From NCBI RefSeq assembly GCF_006345805.1, contig NC_043023.1, positions 10,354,001 to 10,418,000 of the forward strand: 64,000 bases of DNA, written 5' to 3'. Shown here in pieces: positions 51,320 to 64,000 of the stretch. Position numbers and translations under genes: made by a program. How positions within the stretch are numbered: the first letter of the stretch is position 1; each line of letters opens with the position of its first letter. The notes under the pieces were generated by a model, which was not told where the DNA came from, searched no databases, and saw only the letters and a program-made list of their open reading frames with translations. This DNA comes from Octopus sinensis. Its lineage: Eukaryota.

Positions 51320-52115
51320 GGGTCAGTGTAACATCCTTCTGGAAACCAAACAAGCTTGTGTATTCAGTTCTGGCAACAAACTGAGGGGGTTCTATCTTGT
51401 TCTTTCTGAAAGAGCCAACAAATGTTAATCTATAATTCTTCAAGAGATTAACTCTAAATCCATAACTTGTAAACCAATTATCCATTGTAATATTTCTTCC
51501 AGACCCTTTTATATGAGACCCCAACCGTTTTACCACTGCTGCTGTTGCTGTTGAGTGTAGCAGTCTTCGTCCAAGTGGGAGAAGTCCGAAACGTGGTCCT
51601 TTGCTATTCGTAAGACCCGCAGAAGAGAAAGCAGGTCAACTCCCGACACCAAGAGCATTACGGATGGATGAATGTGCATCCAGGCTCAGCGGTTGCGTAG
51701 AAAGTTAGGGACAAGAAACAGGAAGAAAGAGTGAGAGAAAGTTGGGGCGAAAGAGTACAACAGGGGTCGCCACCACCCCCTGCTGGAGCCTCGTGGAGCT
51801 TTAGGTGTTTTCGCTCATTAAACACTCACAATGCCCAGTCTGGGAATCAAAACTACGATCCTCCGACCGCGAGTCCGCTGCCCTAACCACTGGGCCATTG
51901 CGCCTCCACTACCACTGCTGCTCTTGAATTACCTATAGAAGGGCCTTCTCCTTGTTTCCCCAAGTAGACTCCATACCTGACACACAAAGTTTTAGCATTG
52001 GCCAAAATAAATATTTTTATGCTATATTTTGCTGGTTTAATTGGCTTGTAGAACTTGAATGGACATCATAATTGGAGATACAATTATCCATAAATTTCTC
52101 AAAGAACTTTCTAAA
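51320..52115 (-). mobile_element. piggyBac transposase relic interrupted by a SINE
   Basis: CPFKFYKPIKPAKYSIKIF...GKQ then VKRLGSHIKGSGRNITMDNWFTS...VGSFRKNK, typical piggyBac motifs. Confidence 0.85.
51544..51909 (-). mobile_element. SINE family C, tail variant C5, with 13-bp TSD
   Basis: TSD TACCACTGCTGCT at 51531-51543 and 51910-51922; tail ends caacagcaac. Confidence 0.85.
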
Positions 52116-52430
52116 AGGTGCAACATTCTACTGTTGTTTTATTGTCATTTATTTACAAGTATTATAAATTTTATTGGTAAAATATTTTTCTAGGAATGAA
52201 TTACAATTTATAACATTGCTTCTATGGGAAATTATTGCTTTGCTTTATGAGTTTTCACTTCAGGAGCAGTCTCCAGGAAGAAATTAACTCATATATCAGG
52301 CATTATTGTATCTGACAGTATTTTGGCACAAGGCCAGCAATTTCAGGGGAAGGAGTAAGTTGAATAACCACATGGATCAGCATGTGTGCTTTTTATGTGA
52401 ACTAGCGTGAGTGCTTCTTACAGGAACCCA

Positions 52431-52478
<48 letters not shown>

Positions 52479-52579
52479 TTCAATATACAAAAAAGGGTGA
52501 AATATAATTAATTTGATAAAATTAATAAATTTCACCTAGTAGATTTTTTGGTATGGAAAAGACCATATTTGGTAAGAAT

Positions 52580-52750
52580 TATATTAATTATAATAAAGGG
52601 TTAATTGCAACAAGTTGCTCAAAACCACATACCAGAAATATTAGAAATAGCAGCCAAGAGAAATAGTGATCTATTTGGCTGCTATTTCTAATATTTCCGG
52701 TATGTGGTTTTGAGCAACTTGTTGCAATTAACCCTTTATTATAATTAATA
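52580..52750. repeat. Palindromic Penelope-like end fragment between (TA)n tracts
   Basis: attataataaagggttaattgc...gcagccaa / ttggctgc...ccctttattataat. Confidence 0.75.
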
Positions 52751-53167
52751 TATATATATATATATTTATATATCTTCTACATTGTACATTAACTTAGTGG
52801 AGTATGCTGAGTAATTGGATGGATGACACTATCACTGTTGCCAGATATAAGATACGCACATGCAAACATCACCTGGGGTATGAGATACCCCACAACACCA
52901 CTGAAGGATTAAAGTAAAATTCTGCCACATTTTCTCCACAAAACTACTTTAAAACGTTTTCCAATGGCTGAATGACGAAACGTATTAATCTGGTTTCTGT
53001 CCTAAATATTCTGCTAAAGTAAGGATGCATCTTGTACACCAGCACATATGGTAGATAAGTTCCTTTGGATATGGCTATGTGGTTAATTGGTTTATATCAT
53101 ATCCATGAGGTACTAGGTTCAATTCTGTTGTGCAGCATCTTGGGAAAATTTTATTTCCTACAACCAT

Positions 53168-53450
53168 GTGGAGGCGCAATGGCCCAGTGGTTAGGGCAGC
53201 GGACACGCGGTTGGAGGATCGCGGTTTCAATTCCCAGACCGGGCATTGTGTGTGTTTATTGAGCGAAAACACCTAAAAGCTCCACGAAGCTCTGGCAGGG
53301 GGTGGTGGCGACCCCTGTTGTACTCTTTCACCCCAACTTTCTCACACTCTTTCTTCCTATTTCTTGAGTAACGCTGCAATGGGGGGGGGAACACATATGC
53401 CACAGAAACCGGGCCCATGAGCCTGGCTAGGCTTGAAAAGGGGCGAAGAA
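53168..53450 (+). mobile_element. SINE family C, tail variant C3
   Basis: C head plus the tail shared with 8841-8976. Confidence 0.8.
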
Positions 53451-55539
53451 AAGAGAAAAACAACCATCGGTTAACCCATACCGTTTAGGTAAAAAGCAGT
53501 GGATGGAAACTGTATCGAAGCTTGTCAGATGGATTGTACTTGTAATTTTAAAAAATACAACTTCATCGCACTGAATGCGGTTTGAAATTGCTATAACAGT
53601 ACAGATATCTGTGGGATACTCTGTCAATTAATTATTGCATTTCAATCTGTTTTAGGGTTAGGGTTAGTTAGTGTTAGGGGGAAGGGTATCTTATTTTCTT
53701 CAGAAATGTAAATAAACCCAATCTGTTTCTTAAACGAGAGACATATTCATACGGCACAGAATGTTTTCACTTCAATAGACATCATTGATTGGTTGAAATT
53801 GCAGAAATTGAAGAAGAAAAACAACAAATATCTTACAAACTATAGAATTTTCTCAATAAAGCCAAGAGAAAAAGATGTTTTATAAACACATTCTACCAGT
53901 ATACGAAGTTTAAAAGTGTTTAGTTACGTGGAAATTATTTTAAAAAACTGCCGTTCAAACCGAAAAGATCCAATTTTTCGCATACAACCTTCAGAAAAAG
54001 GTTGTATGTTAATATTTGGTTAGTCGTTCGGGGCAGTTGTTCTACTTAATATAATTGTTTCTTCAATTCTCAGCTGGGGTCAAAGTTGTTATAAATCCCA
54101 TTTTAACTCCGGTTAATCCATGCCGAAGTTTTGAAGATAGTTATATAAATAGAGATAACAAACATACGGAAGCATCCCGTAAGCCTTTATTACAGTAAAT
54201 AAAGCAAATAGGATTGTCCTGCAATCGAGGAAAGTGGATTGCTATGGGCTTTAAAGGCCTAATAATGATGGTGAGTGGATATTAGTATCTACCAATCGAC
54301 CTCTGGTTTTGCTGGATCTCTATTTTATTGATTCTGAAGCAGTGAAAGGTAAAATTGAGATCGGCGGAATTTGAGCTCAGAACATAAAAGACCAGAAGAA
54401 ACACTGCATGGCCTAAATAATTGCTATTAATTTTAGTACGATGCTATAATTTCGTTTCGGTACTTAAAGCAAACCAATGCATGTTTTATACATTCCCCAT
54501 TACAGGTTATCGACAAGGGAACCTGTTTTCATGGATGTTTGTGGGGACAGATATTCTCTTGTTTGAAATTATTGACTTTTCTTGGTGAATTTCTACTTGT
54601 GTATCAAAACTGATGAAGAAAGGACTATATGGAAGATAACGAGTGAGAGTAAATCGTGAGTGAAGTAATAATTCCATCTTATTTTTATATTTAAGTTCGT
54701 TTTCTCTTTGTAGAAACCTGTTATAATCGGAGATCTTAAGATATTCAAGATTTGTTTTCATTTTACCGATCATAAATACTTTCTAAACCTGCTGAAATTA
54801 TGAAATTAATTGATCACATCTTCAAACAATAACTCTCCCTTTTGTTGCAGTAAGTAACAATATCGTTAAAGCTATATATAGAGAGAGATAATAACAAAGG
54901 GTAAAATTAATTAATTAAGAAGTAATCAGTAATTTCACCAAGTAGAATTCGGCATGAAAAAGACCATTTCATGGTAAGCTTAAGTAATATTTTATAATTA
55001 GGGTTCAGCAAAGATTTGCTTTACCACATACCGGAGTTTAGAAATAGCAGTCAAAAAAACCTTAGCTATTTCTTCTACTTTAAAAAGGGACTCCCAGAAA
55101 ACCCAAATACTTGAAAACAATCTACGCAGGCAGAGAGGAAAAATAACGAAAATCAATCTATATCTGGTTACCCATGTACGCGCCTTTTCGGAATTAGATC
55201 GGTATAAAGAATATAGAATTATACTTTACCCAACCATACAGAGAGTCAGTCAGACAGACCGAGTAGCAACCACTCCGAATTTGTTTCTTTATAACTTACA
55301 GGAAAATGGATATTTTTAAATGAAATTTTCGACATGTACGCTTCAGATAGTGTAGATTCTGAATATATCGCAATTTGTTTTAATAAAAATTTTCCAAGGC
55401 TAGGGGGAAGAGTTTCGGAAATTCACACGGATCGGCTTTACTCCCTCATAACTCAGAAAAATTGATATTTTTTAGTGAAATTTTCTACAGAATACCGTTC
55501 AGAGTGTATCCATCACAATTTTATCGAAATTTAATACAA

Positions 55540-55920
55540 AAATAAAAACATGGATTGGACAAAATAACGGAAACACCTTAAAATTTCAAACAAATTATTT
55601 TAATATGGAGTAATACCGCCTCTGGCAGTAATTACAGCTTGAATTCTACGAGCTATAGACTCGTACATAGTTTGAATTGTTTCCAAAGGAATTTTTATCC
55701 TTTCTTCAGCTAAAACAGTCTCCAGTTCTTGTAGTGATTATGGTGGAGGATATCGACTCCTTACTAGTTTTTCTAAAATGTACCATAAATGTTGACTGGT
55801 GGCCAGATAAGATGTTCAACTTCACTAGAATCTTCTTCATGCCATTCAGTTACGACTTTAGCTGTGTAAATTGGTGCATTATCAGGCTGAAAGATTGTGT
55901 TTCCCTCCGGATTAGTTATG
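55540..55920 (-). mobile_element. Tc1-like transposon relic (TIR plus DDE fragment); TIR block repeated at ~55965-56075
   Basis: Minus translation reads EGNTIFQPDNAPIYTAKVVTEWHEE...HLIWPP...LQELETVLAEE; TIR-like acatgg(a/g)ttggacaaaataa(c/t)ggaaacacc. Confidence 0.75.
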
Positions 55921-56960
55921 GTTCAGTTCAGCCCATTATCACAGAAGATTCGGGTATGAGATGCATGTCCATCACAATTTTATCAGAATTTAATACAAAA
56001 ATAAATACATGGGTTGGACAAAATAATGGAAACACCTTAAAATTTCAAACAAATTATTTTAATATGGAGTATTTATTGATTCCAAATCATTGAAAATTAT
56101 TTTGATTAGAATTCATTTGGATAGTTCATATATGTCAAGCTTCTCTGCGTTTCCATCTACCACATCCTCTCCCAAGGCTTTGATTGGCCACTCTAGGACT
56201 GAACCCAGGACCATGTTGTTAGAAAGCCAACTTCTTACCACACAACCATCCCTGCACCTCTATGGTCATGTTTTTATAAAAATTAGTAAAACTCTCACTG
56301 TTTTAATCTCTCTAATTCCTAATTATCTTGTATGTATTACACTCTTGTTTCTCTTTCGTTTCAGATTATCAGATGACATCTGCTTCACAGGATTTTTACA
56401 TAAGCAACGTCATTGGAATGGAAAGTCTTTTGAAGACTGAGCAAAGATGTTATACAAAACACGTATAACCCTGTTTCTATAAATATTTACTGAATTACTG
56501 CAAAATATATCTTCTGAACTCTGACATATATGTAGCAAAATTTCTCTTCTTTATTGTCTGGAATACACAGAAAATTATATTTGCATATTAATTAATCGTT
56601 TAGCATTAAACCTGGCCGTATCAGTCCCAAACGTTCAAGCTATTTTACGTTAAAACTGCCCACATCTGGCCTCTTCCACTCACCCTGCAATGTCATTCTA
56701 AACATAAGGAATCACATCATTGAAATCTTAAAGCAATAAGATAATAAATGATTAATTCAGAAGAATTTGAATAAATAATCATTACATTTGACAGAGTAAT
56801 CTGAATGTTAATGAGTTAAAGCAATTAAGAAGTCAGTTTGCAGCATCTTCAGATATTAACAAAGATCACTTTTGATGGAGATATACCAGTAGAAATATTT
56901 ATTAAGAGTAATATACGAGAAGAAGGAAAACATTTGTGTACTGTGACGAGAGAAAGGAAA

Positions 56961-58580
56961 ATGATGGAAAATGAATTATATCTGAGTGAAGTTAAATGTA
57001 AAAGAGAGTCTGAAGAAATTGACTTTTCTGATGAGGAAAAGAATGAAAAGGGCAAAACAGCATTTGAGTGTGATATCTGTGGTAAAATATTATCTCAGAA
57101 AGGTAGCTTAGTTATTCACCGACGTATTCATACAGGAGAGAAGTCATATCACTGTGACGTTTGTGGTAAATCATTTTTTGATACTCATCATTTAACTATT
57201 CACAAACGCATTCATACAGGAGTGAAATCATATCGCTGTGATATCTGTGGTAAATCCTTCTCTCAAAGTTATAACTTAACTAGGCACAAATACATTCATA
57301 CAGGAGAAAAACGATATCACTGTGATATCTGTGGTAAATCCTTCTCTGAAATTAGTAAAGTAACTATTCACAAGCGTGTTCATACAGGAGAAAAACCATG
57401 TCACTGTGATATTTGTGGTAAATCATTCTTTGATAAAAGTTACTTAACTAGACACATACGTATTCACACAGGTGAAAAGCCATATCAGTGTGATATCTGT
57501 GGTAAATCTTTCTCTGAAACTAGTCCCTTAACTATGCACAAGCGTACTGTTCACACAGGAGAAAAACCACATCGCTGTGAAATCTGTGGTAAATCATTCT
57601 CTCAAAATAATGCCTTGACTATTCACAAACGCATTCATACAGGAGAGAAGCCATATACATGTGATATCTGTGGTAAATCGTTCTCCAGAAGCTATGCCTT
57701 ACCTCGTCACAGACGCATTCATACTGAAGAGAAGCCATATCATTGTGATATCTGTGCTGAATCATTCTCTGAAAGTGGTAGCTTAACTAAGCACAAGCGT
57801 ATTCATACTGAAGAGAAACCATATCATTGTGATATCTGTGGTGAATCATTCTCCGATGGACACAAGTTAACTGTTCACAAATACAGTCATTCAGGCGTGA
57901 AGCCATATCACTGTGAAATCTGTGGTAAATCATTCTCTGACAATGGTCACTTAACCAAGCACAGGCGTGTTCATACAGGTGAGAAGCCATATCATTGTGA
58001 TATCTGTGGTAAATCTTTCTCTGAAACTGGTAGTGTAACTAACCACAAACGTGTTCATACAGGTGAGAAGCCATATCATTGTGATACCTGTGGTAAATCA
58101 TTCTCTACATCCAGTATCTTATGTAAGCACAGACGCATTCATACTCCTGAGAAGCAATATCACTGTGATATCTGCGGTAAATCTTTCACTGAATCTGGTA
58201 GTGTGACAAATCACAAACGTATTCATACAGGTGAGAAGCCATATCACTGTGAAATCTGTGGTAAATCTTTCACTGAATCAGGTAGTGTAACTACTCACAT
58301 GCGTGTTCATACAGGAGAGAAGCCATACCATTGTGATATCTGTGGTAAATCCTTCTCTACATGCAGTGTCTTAACCAGGCACAAGCGTGTTCATACAGGA
58401 GAAAAACCATATCACTGTGATATCTGTGGTAAATCTTTCTCTGGTAGTATAACTACTCACCAGCGCATTCATTCAGGCGTGAAGCCATATCATTGTGATA
58501 TCTGTGGTAAATCATTCTCTCGAAATTATCACTTGACTCTGCACAGACGCATTCATACAAGAGAAGTCATATCACTGTAA
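56961..58580 (+). CDS. C2H2 zinc-finger protein, 18 fingers (finger 17 has a 2-aa deletion), ~539 aa
   Basis: Long open frame; ATG-ATG-GAA-AAT at 56961. A terminal frameshift gives REVISL-stop, with decayed fingers beyond the stop. Confidence 0.92.
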   Translation: MMENELYLSEVKCKRESEEIDFSDEEKNEKGKTAFECDICGKILSQKGSLVIHRRIHTGEKSYHCDVCGKSFFDTHHLTIHKRIHTGVKSYRCDICGKSFSQSYNLTRHKYIHTGEKRYHCDICGKSFSEISKVTIHKRVHTGEKPCHCDICGKSFFDKSYLTRHIRIHTGEKPYQCDICGKSFSETSPLTMHKRTVHTGEKPHRCEICGKSFSQNNALTIHKRIHTGEKPYTCDICGKSFSRSYALPRHRRIHTEEKPYHCDICAESFSESGSLTKHKRIHTEEKPYHCDICGESFSDGHKLTVHKYSHSGVKPYHCEICGKSFSDNGHLTKHRRVHTGEKPYHCDICGKSFSETGSVTNHKRVHTGEKPYHCDTCGKSFSTSSILCKHRRIHTPEKQYHCDICGKSFTESGSVTNHKRIHTGEKPYHCEICGKSFTESGSVTTHMRVHTGEKPYHCDICGKSFSTCSVLTRHKRVHTGEKPYHCDICGKSFSGSITTHQRIHSGVKPYHCDICGKSFSRNYHLTLHRRIHTREVISL

Positions 58581-59410
58581 TGCCTGTAAGAATCGTTTTC
58601 TGAAATAGCACGTTAACTGGTCACAAACGTTTACATACAGAGGACATTTGGCAAATGATTTACTCATAAAAGCAGCTTAACTTCTAACAAGAGCATTCAT
58701 ATGACAGACAAACCGCTCCAGTGGTCTGTCATCGTTGTTTTCCTCTCCATTTTTGCCATTCTCTCATGGGTCAGAAGGAATTTGTTGAGGTGAATTTTTG
58801 CTGTCCAGATGCTCTTCCTGTTGCCAACCTTCACCTGTTTCAAACTAAAATATTTCCCCGTGACCTGACATGTTTTTGTGGCAGATTGGCGATGGACATT
58901 GCTTGCATGGCAGTGACACCCACAACTATCACACAGTCTCAAGGCAAGGATATAGTAACACGCACACACACATTCATAAGCCCCTCACACTTCTATGAAA
59001 CATCCCCCTCTATCCTCTGTACCACTAATATTCCCCCACCACCACTACCTTTTGTGTATGTCCTCATACATCTCCATCACCATCCATTTCTCTCTATATA
59101 TCTATCATTCTCTCCTTTCTTTTCCTACTGGAATCGTCAGGTTTCTCCTCTATAGTAAGACACTCGTCTTTCTCCTGCTGTTATACATCAACCTCCCAAC
59201 TGACACAAAGCCATCCCCCTCGGTTCCACTCCCTCTGCGAACCAAGTGACTCTTTATCTTGCGAGCTACTTGGTGATCCCTGCTGATGCTGGTATCACAT
59301 AAAAAGCACCCAATGCACTCAGTAAAGTGGTCGGTGTTAGGATGGGCATCCAACCATGGAAATCATACCAAAGCAGACAATGGATCCTGGTGCATCTTTC
59401 TGCTTGACCA

Positions 59411-60400
59411 GTTCTACGCAATAGTATAAATCCAGATATCCATTTTGCAATGGTGTACAGCAGAGAGCGACTTCCATTCCTTGATATTTTGATTGAAAAA
59501 CTTAGCAATCAAATGGAAACTGATATCACTGGAAACCCACACACTCAAAGCAATACGGTTTCTGTGGCTGGATGCCCTTTGTAACACCAACCACTCCTAG
59601 AGTGTAGTGGGTGATCTGAAGTGCTACTGACATGGGTGCCATTTGCATGACTCCTGTATGTGCCATGACTATGATTTTACTTGGGTCGATGGGTCTTTTT
59701 TGCAAAGCACAGCATATTGCCAAAGGTTTCAGTCGTTTTTCATTACCTCTCTGAGGTCCTACATATGAAAGGTGCTTTCCATGTGCCACTGGCATTGGCC
59801 ACCCTGCCTCTGTGAGGCCCAATGCTCAACATGTACTTTATACATGACGTGTACACGACGCCAGCATCGGCCACGACTTCAATTTCACTTGGTTTGATGG
59901 GACGTCTCAAATACAGCTTATCACTAAAGGTCTTCGTTACTAGTCATTGCTTCCATGAGGCCCACAAACACACAAGTTCATCAAAAGTAACAACTTAAAT
60001 CACTAAAATGAATACTGACAAATGCAAATTTATACTCAACGTCCGAAGTATGGAACATTCTTCAAACTACCGGAAGGTTCAGAATTCCATTTTAAACAAG
60101 AACACAGATTCATAATTGAGACTGATTTCACTTGTGCATCCAAAGATTTAAATCCTGGGACAAATTGTTCAGGATGTGAACACATAACAATAGAAAGAGC
60201 AAGGATGCCCCTCAGACAAAGAACAACACTTCATAAGGAATAGATTCATTTCCCAAGTTACAGACATTGTTTATGAGTTTTATTTTTCAAGCACAACATC
60301 CGAATTTTGAAAGTTTCTACTACCATAACAAATGCATCTGTGTCTTACCAAGAAGTTTATAAAGAGCAAAGGAATGCTTCTCAGTAAACAACTCTAGACT
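59411..60400 (+). mobile_element. Penelope-like element relic (RT and GIY-YIG fragments) interrupted by SINE-derived sequence
   Basis: LRNSINPDIHFAMVYSRERLPFLDILIEKLSNQMETDI at 59414-59527 is RT-like (LPFLD). FTCASKDL...CSGC...MPLRQRTTLHKE at ~60125-60240 resembles the PLE CCHH/GIY-YIG region. Confidence 0.7.
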
Positions 60401-60874
60401 TTTTTCTTTGCTTGTGAATAAGTGGTCACGTCTACAAATGATGGTGTCCCTGAGTCTTTTCAATGTGTTTCAGAAAACAATTATAAAAATAATATTTTAT
60501 CTATTCTAAATGATCTTGACATTGTTTTTGACTTTACATAAAATATTCTTTACATTCTACTGTTGTTTCATTGTCATTTATTTACAAGTATTATAAATTT
60601 TATTGGTAAAATATTTTTCTAGGAATGAATTACAATTTATAACATTGTTTCTATGGGAAATTATTGCTTTGCTTTATGAGTTTTCCCTTTAGGAGCAATC
60701 TCCAGGAAGAAGTTAACTTATATATCAAGGCATTATTGTATCTGACATTATTTTGGCAGGCGGCCAGCAATTTCAGGGGAAGGAGTAAGTTGAATAACCA
60801 CATGGATCAGCATGTGTGCTTTTTACATGAACTAGCACAAATGCTTCTTACAGGGAGTGGCATTGCACGATATA

Positions 60875-61272
60875 TCTATATATATAAAGCTGAAGTTGTC
60901 TGTGTGTGTGGCAGGTTTGGTAGCCCTCAACTAACACTATCTCCTCCGAGACCCTGCAGCGCAAGTTGACCAAAATTGAGAGGATGATAAAAGAAGGCTT
61001 GCTCTTCCTTCCGTAGAAGAAAAAATTCAAATCGCACCATGTCATCACCAAAAATTATTTATATCAATCAGATGCTTTTTATCTACGAAAATCCCTACTT
61101 TTTACGATTCTTTGACTGCTGTCTCATCATTTTTCAGTGTATTTCAACCAGAAAAATGTTTACTTAAAGAGAATAACAAGCTACATAATGCAAAATTCAT
61201 ACTTTTCAAAAATTCCAATTCTAAAGGTTTGTAAAGAAAACAAACCCGAGCAACACTGGGTGATACTTCTCG
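60875..61272 (+). mobile_element. Non-autonomous Helitron
   Basis: TC start, cccgagcaacactggg hairpin, degenerate CTAG; sister of 40132-40486. Confidence 0.75.
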
Positions 61273-61897
61273 TATATCTCTATTTATAAAACTGAAAAAA
61301 AGTTTGTTTGACTCCACCGCTTGGATCACTTTCAAGGCCACTACAACCCGTCAGATTGACAGGGACATGTAAAATGAGGTGACGATGCCCGTGGGTTACG
61401 TTAGAAATCCCTATCTTAAAAGGTGTCGCTTGGGCCAAAAACCCACTTTGTCAAGTCTACTCCCATTCTTTTACGTATCTGTCTTCCTCACTCACTCACG
61501 CTATTTCCTCCCTTCCCATACCCTTTATAACTATGTCTGCTCTCATAGAGAGAATTATCATCGCCACCACCAACACAATCATGAGAACAAATATTATGAA
61601 TCAGATATTTATTGCGTTCATTTATATGTGTGTGTTCGATATATAAATATGTATATATAATGTATATATACAAAGTGTATATATCTCTATTTATGTATAT
61701 TAAACTTTTTAATACTTTTTGATAGTTATATATATTTTTAAACAAATTATAAATATAATTTAATAATTTTTATTTTAAATTTTAATACTTCAAATTTTTC
61801 AATTTTATATTTTATATATTTTCTATATTATATTTTTATTTTTATGTTTTTGTTTTGGGTTTTTTACTGTTTGATTAGTGGTTTTATCTCTAATTTA

Positions 61898-61932
<35 letters not shown>

Positions 61933-62244
61933 GTATACATTTGCATATATAATGCGTGCACACACACATATATATATATATATATATAATGTGTGCATTA
62001 TGTGGTCGGTCGGTTGAGCTGAAAATATGCACAGCTCTGCTAAAAGTGCTGGCAAGTTTGCATGACAAATATTTTTTTCCTCAAATGAAAGGCGTGGCCT
62101 CTAGGACAAAATTCCTCATCTTATAAAATGTGGCCCCAGTACACCCGAATGAAATCAAGTTGTATTAACCAAAATGTGAAAAGGGGTCTAAATGGGGCTG
62201 GAAGGGGATTAAAATTTAAAGGAGCGGGTGTTTAGGAATTCTCT

Positions 62245-62495
62245 GTTACATCAAGCTAAAAATTTTGAGCCAGCCTTTTAATCGTCAATGTGTTGCCGTC
62301 TACGATGAAGAAGTTTTGCATGCTTGCCATGGTGAGTCTACTGTCATGAGAAAGAATCACTTCAAAAATTGGTGTTTACCAATTTTCTTTTACATCAAGT
62401 TCAAAATTTTACGCCAGCCATTAAACTGTCAATATGTTGCTGTCCATCGTTAAGAAATGCCAGCCATGGTGACTCTACTATCCTCAGATTCTATC
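62245..62495. repeat. Degenerate ~143-bp tandem dimer
   Basis: tacatcaag..aaaatttt..gccagcc...gccatggtga(g/c)tctact occurs twice. Confidence 0.6.
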
Positions 62496-62757
62496 CCTTT
62501 AAACTTTTGTTTCCAATATTTTATTATTTTTATTCAGCTCGCAAGTTCGTCAGTCCCTTTTAAATGTTAGTGTTTTGCTGTCTGCCTTGAAGCAGACCTT
62601 TCTGTTGCCACTGCCTGATATTTATGATTGATCTTTCTAAATATTTTATTTCTCAACTTTCTCAAGATCTTTTGTTGTTTATAAATGGGAGAGAGATAGA
62701 AAAAGATAGAGAGTAAGAGAAAGCGAGGGAGAGTCCGAAAGAAACAAAGAGGGAGAA

Positions 62758-63060
62758 TCATCATCATCGCTTAATGTTCGTTTTCCGTGCTAGCACGGGT
62801 TGGACAGTTTGATCGAGGTCTAGGAAGCCTGGAGGCTTGCCAGGCTCCAGCCTGATCTGGCAGTGTTTCTACTGGTGGATGACCTTCCTAACGCCAACCA
62901 CTCTGTGAGTGTAGTGAGTGCTTTTTACGTGCCGCCGGCACAGGTGCCAGGGGGGCTTGCAGCTGCAACGATCGGCTGGTGCTTTTTACGTGCCACCAGC
63001 ACAGAAGCCAGTCAAGGCGGCGCTGCTATGCGCCACGTTCGGATGGTGCTTTTTACGTGC
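62758..63060 (-). mobile_element. SINE family D
   Basis: (cat)n plus the D body. Confidence 0.8.
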
Positions 63061-63464
63061 TGAAAGGAAGCAACAGAAAGTAACAAATATATATATGAAG
63101 CTATTATGTTACTTCTCATATATATTTGAAGGTGCATGGCTCAATCGTGAGTTCAATTCCCGTCATCTTCATCACATTGAACAATGTTAAAGGTTAAAGG
63201 GTCAAAGCGAAATGCAGCCACATTTTCTCTACAAAACTACTTTAAAACGTTTTCCAATGGCTGAATGACGAAACGTATTAATCTGGTTTCTGCCCTAAAT
63301 ATTCTGCTAAAGTAAGGATGCATCTTGTACACCAGCAAATACTCAGTGAAGTGCAAGTAAATCAGTTGACCATAAGATTGACTCCTCGTTGTGAAACGAC
63401 GGAGATCCACCACCGATAAGGAAAATTAGTGAGTACAGGGAGATAAGCAAGGGCATGAGCCTAA

Positions 63465-63998
63465 TTACGGTTTCACTCCTGTATGAATACGTATGTGTCT
63501 AGTTAAATTGTTCTTTTCAGAGAATAATTTACCACAGATATCACAGTGATACGGCTTTTCTCCTGTATGACTTCGTTTGTGTCCAATTAAACTACTGCTT
63601 ACAGAGAAAGATTTACCACAGATATCACAGTGAAATGGTTTTTCCCCTGTGTGAATGCATTTGTGTGTAGTTAGGCTATTGTTTTCAGAGAATGATTTAC
63701 CATAGACATCACAGGGAAATGGCTTCTCTCCTGTATGAATGCGTCTGTGTTTAGTTAAGCTAACTTGTATAGGAAATGATTTACCACAGATATTACAGTG
63801 ATACGGTGTCTCCCCTGTATGAACACGTCTGTGTACAATTAAGGCACTTCCGTTAGAGAATGATTTACCACAGATATTACAGTGAAATGGTTTCTCTCCC
63901 GTGTGAATACGCCTGTGTCTAGTTAAATTACTACTCTGAGAGAACGATTTACCACAAACATCACAGTGAAATTGCTTCTCTCCTGTATGTATACGTTT
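63465..63998 (-). CDS. C2H2 zinc-finger gene, 3' part (6 fingers, one with C>Y); 5' end lies beyond the window
   Basis: Manual translation is open from 63998 to TAA at 63465-63467: [32 protein letters not shown]...HIRIHTGVKP*. It is missing from the ORF track because there is no start codon in the window. Confidence 0.85.
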   Translation of the reverse strand, partial: KRIHTGEKQFHCDVCGKSFSQSSNLTRHRRIHTGEKPFHCNICGKSFSNGSALIVHRRVHTGETPYHCNICGKSFPIQVSLTKHRRIHTGEKPFPCDVYGKSFSENNSLTTHKCIHTGEKPFHCDICGKSFSVSSSLIGHKRSHTGEKPYHCDICGKLFSEKNNLTRHIRIHTGVKP

Positions 63999-64000
63999 GT

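Noticed and set aside
52965-52995. CTGAATGA-C-GAAACGTA hammerhead-like string (also ~63258-63290)
   Set aside because: It has no stem II and no convincing stem I.
54925-54985. Hairpin ATGAAA/TTTCAT with GAATTC as a possible hammerhead (also ~28920-28975, ~52535-52575)
   Set aside because: The core would need several changes at invariant positions, so it is too degenerate to call.
55677-56440. ORFs of 138 and 116 aa upstream of the 18-finger gene as extra exons or genes
   Set aside because: The first is antisense to a Tc1 relic, and the second crosses a decayed SINE and the putative splice acceptor.
56838-56960. 41-aa N-terminal extension from the ORF track (TTG start); likewise the GTG starts at 31121 and 48654
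   Set aside because: These are non-ATG starts, and paralogues have stops in the equivalent region. The conserved MENE ATG is preferred.

Overview
Eukaryotic, AT-rich, repeat-dense DNA that looks like a cephalopod (very probably Octopus) tandem C2H2 zinc-finger gene cluster. The species call is an inference from the SINE families and gene style. Seven ZF genes or gene copies plus one decayed remnant are visible, and none has a KRAB, BTB or SCAN domain. Three are apparently intact (31139-32329, 13 fingers; 43504-44352, 9 fingers; 56961-58580, 18 fingers). One has a single in-frame TGA (48675-49790), one is frameshifted on the minus strand (14072-15192), one is a clear pseudogene (6535-7960, with further remnants at 8160-8740), and one minus-strand gene runs off the window end (63465-63998). 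The five plus-strand genes begin with an acidic MENE leader. Shared non-coding blocks and splice signals show the genes arose by segmental duplication. The intergenic DNA holds several tRNA-derived SINE families (labelled A-F here for convenience), non-autonomous Helitrons, and hAT, piggyBac and Merlin/MULE-like MITEs. It also holds a solo LTR and relics of mariner, Tc1, piggyBac, Gypsy, CR1, RTE and Penelope-like elements. Three signals stand out. First, four distinct minimal type-I hammerhead-ribozyme motifs, two of them inside (TA)n-flanked palindromes and one copy ending exactly at its predicted cleavage site. Second, head-to-tail SINE concatemers with recurrent junctions, one inserted as a single unit with an 18-bp TSD. 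Third, an exact ETS-CRE 15-mer in a ZF promoter. All calls were made by eye, with no database searches or folding computations.
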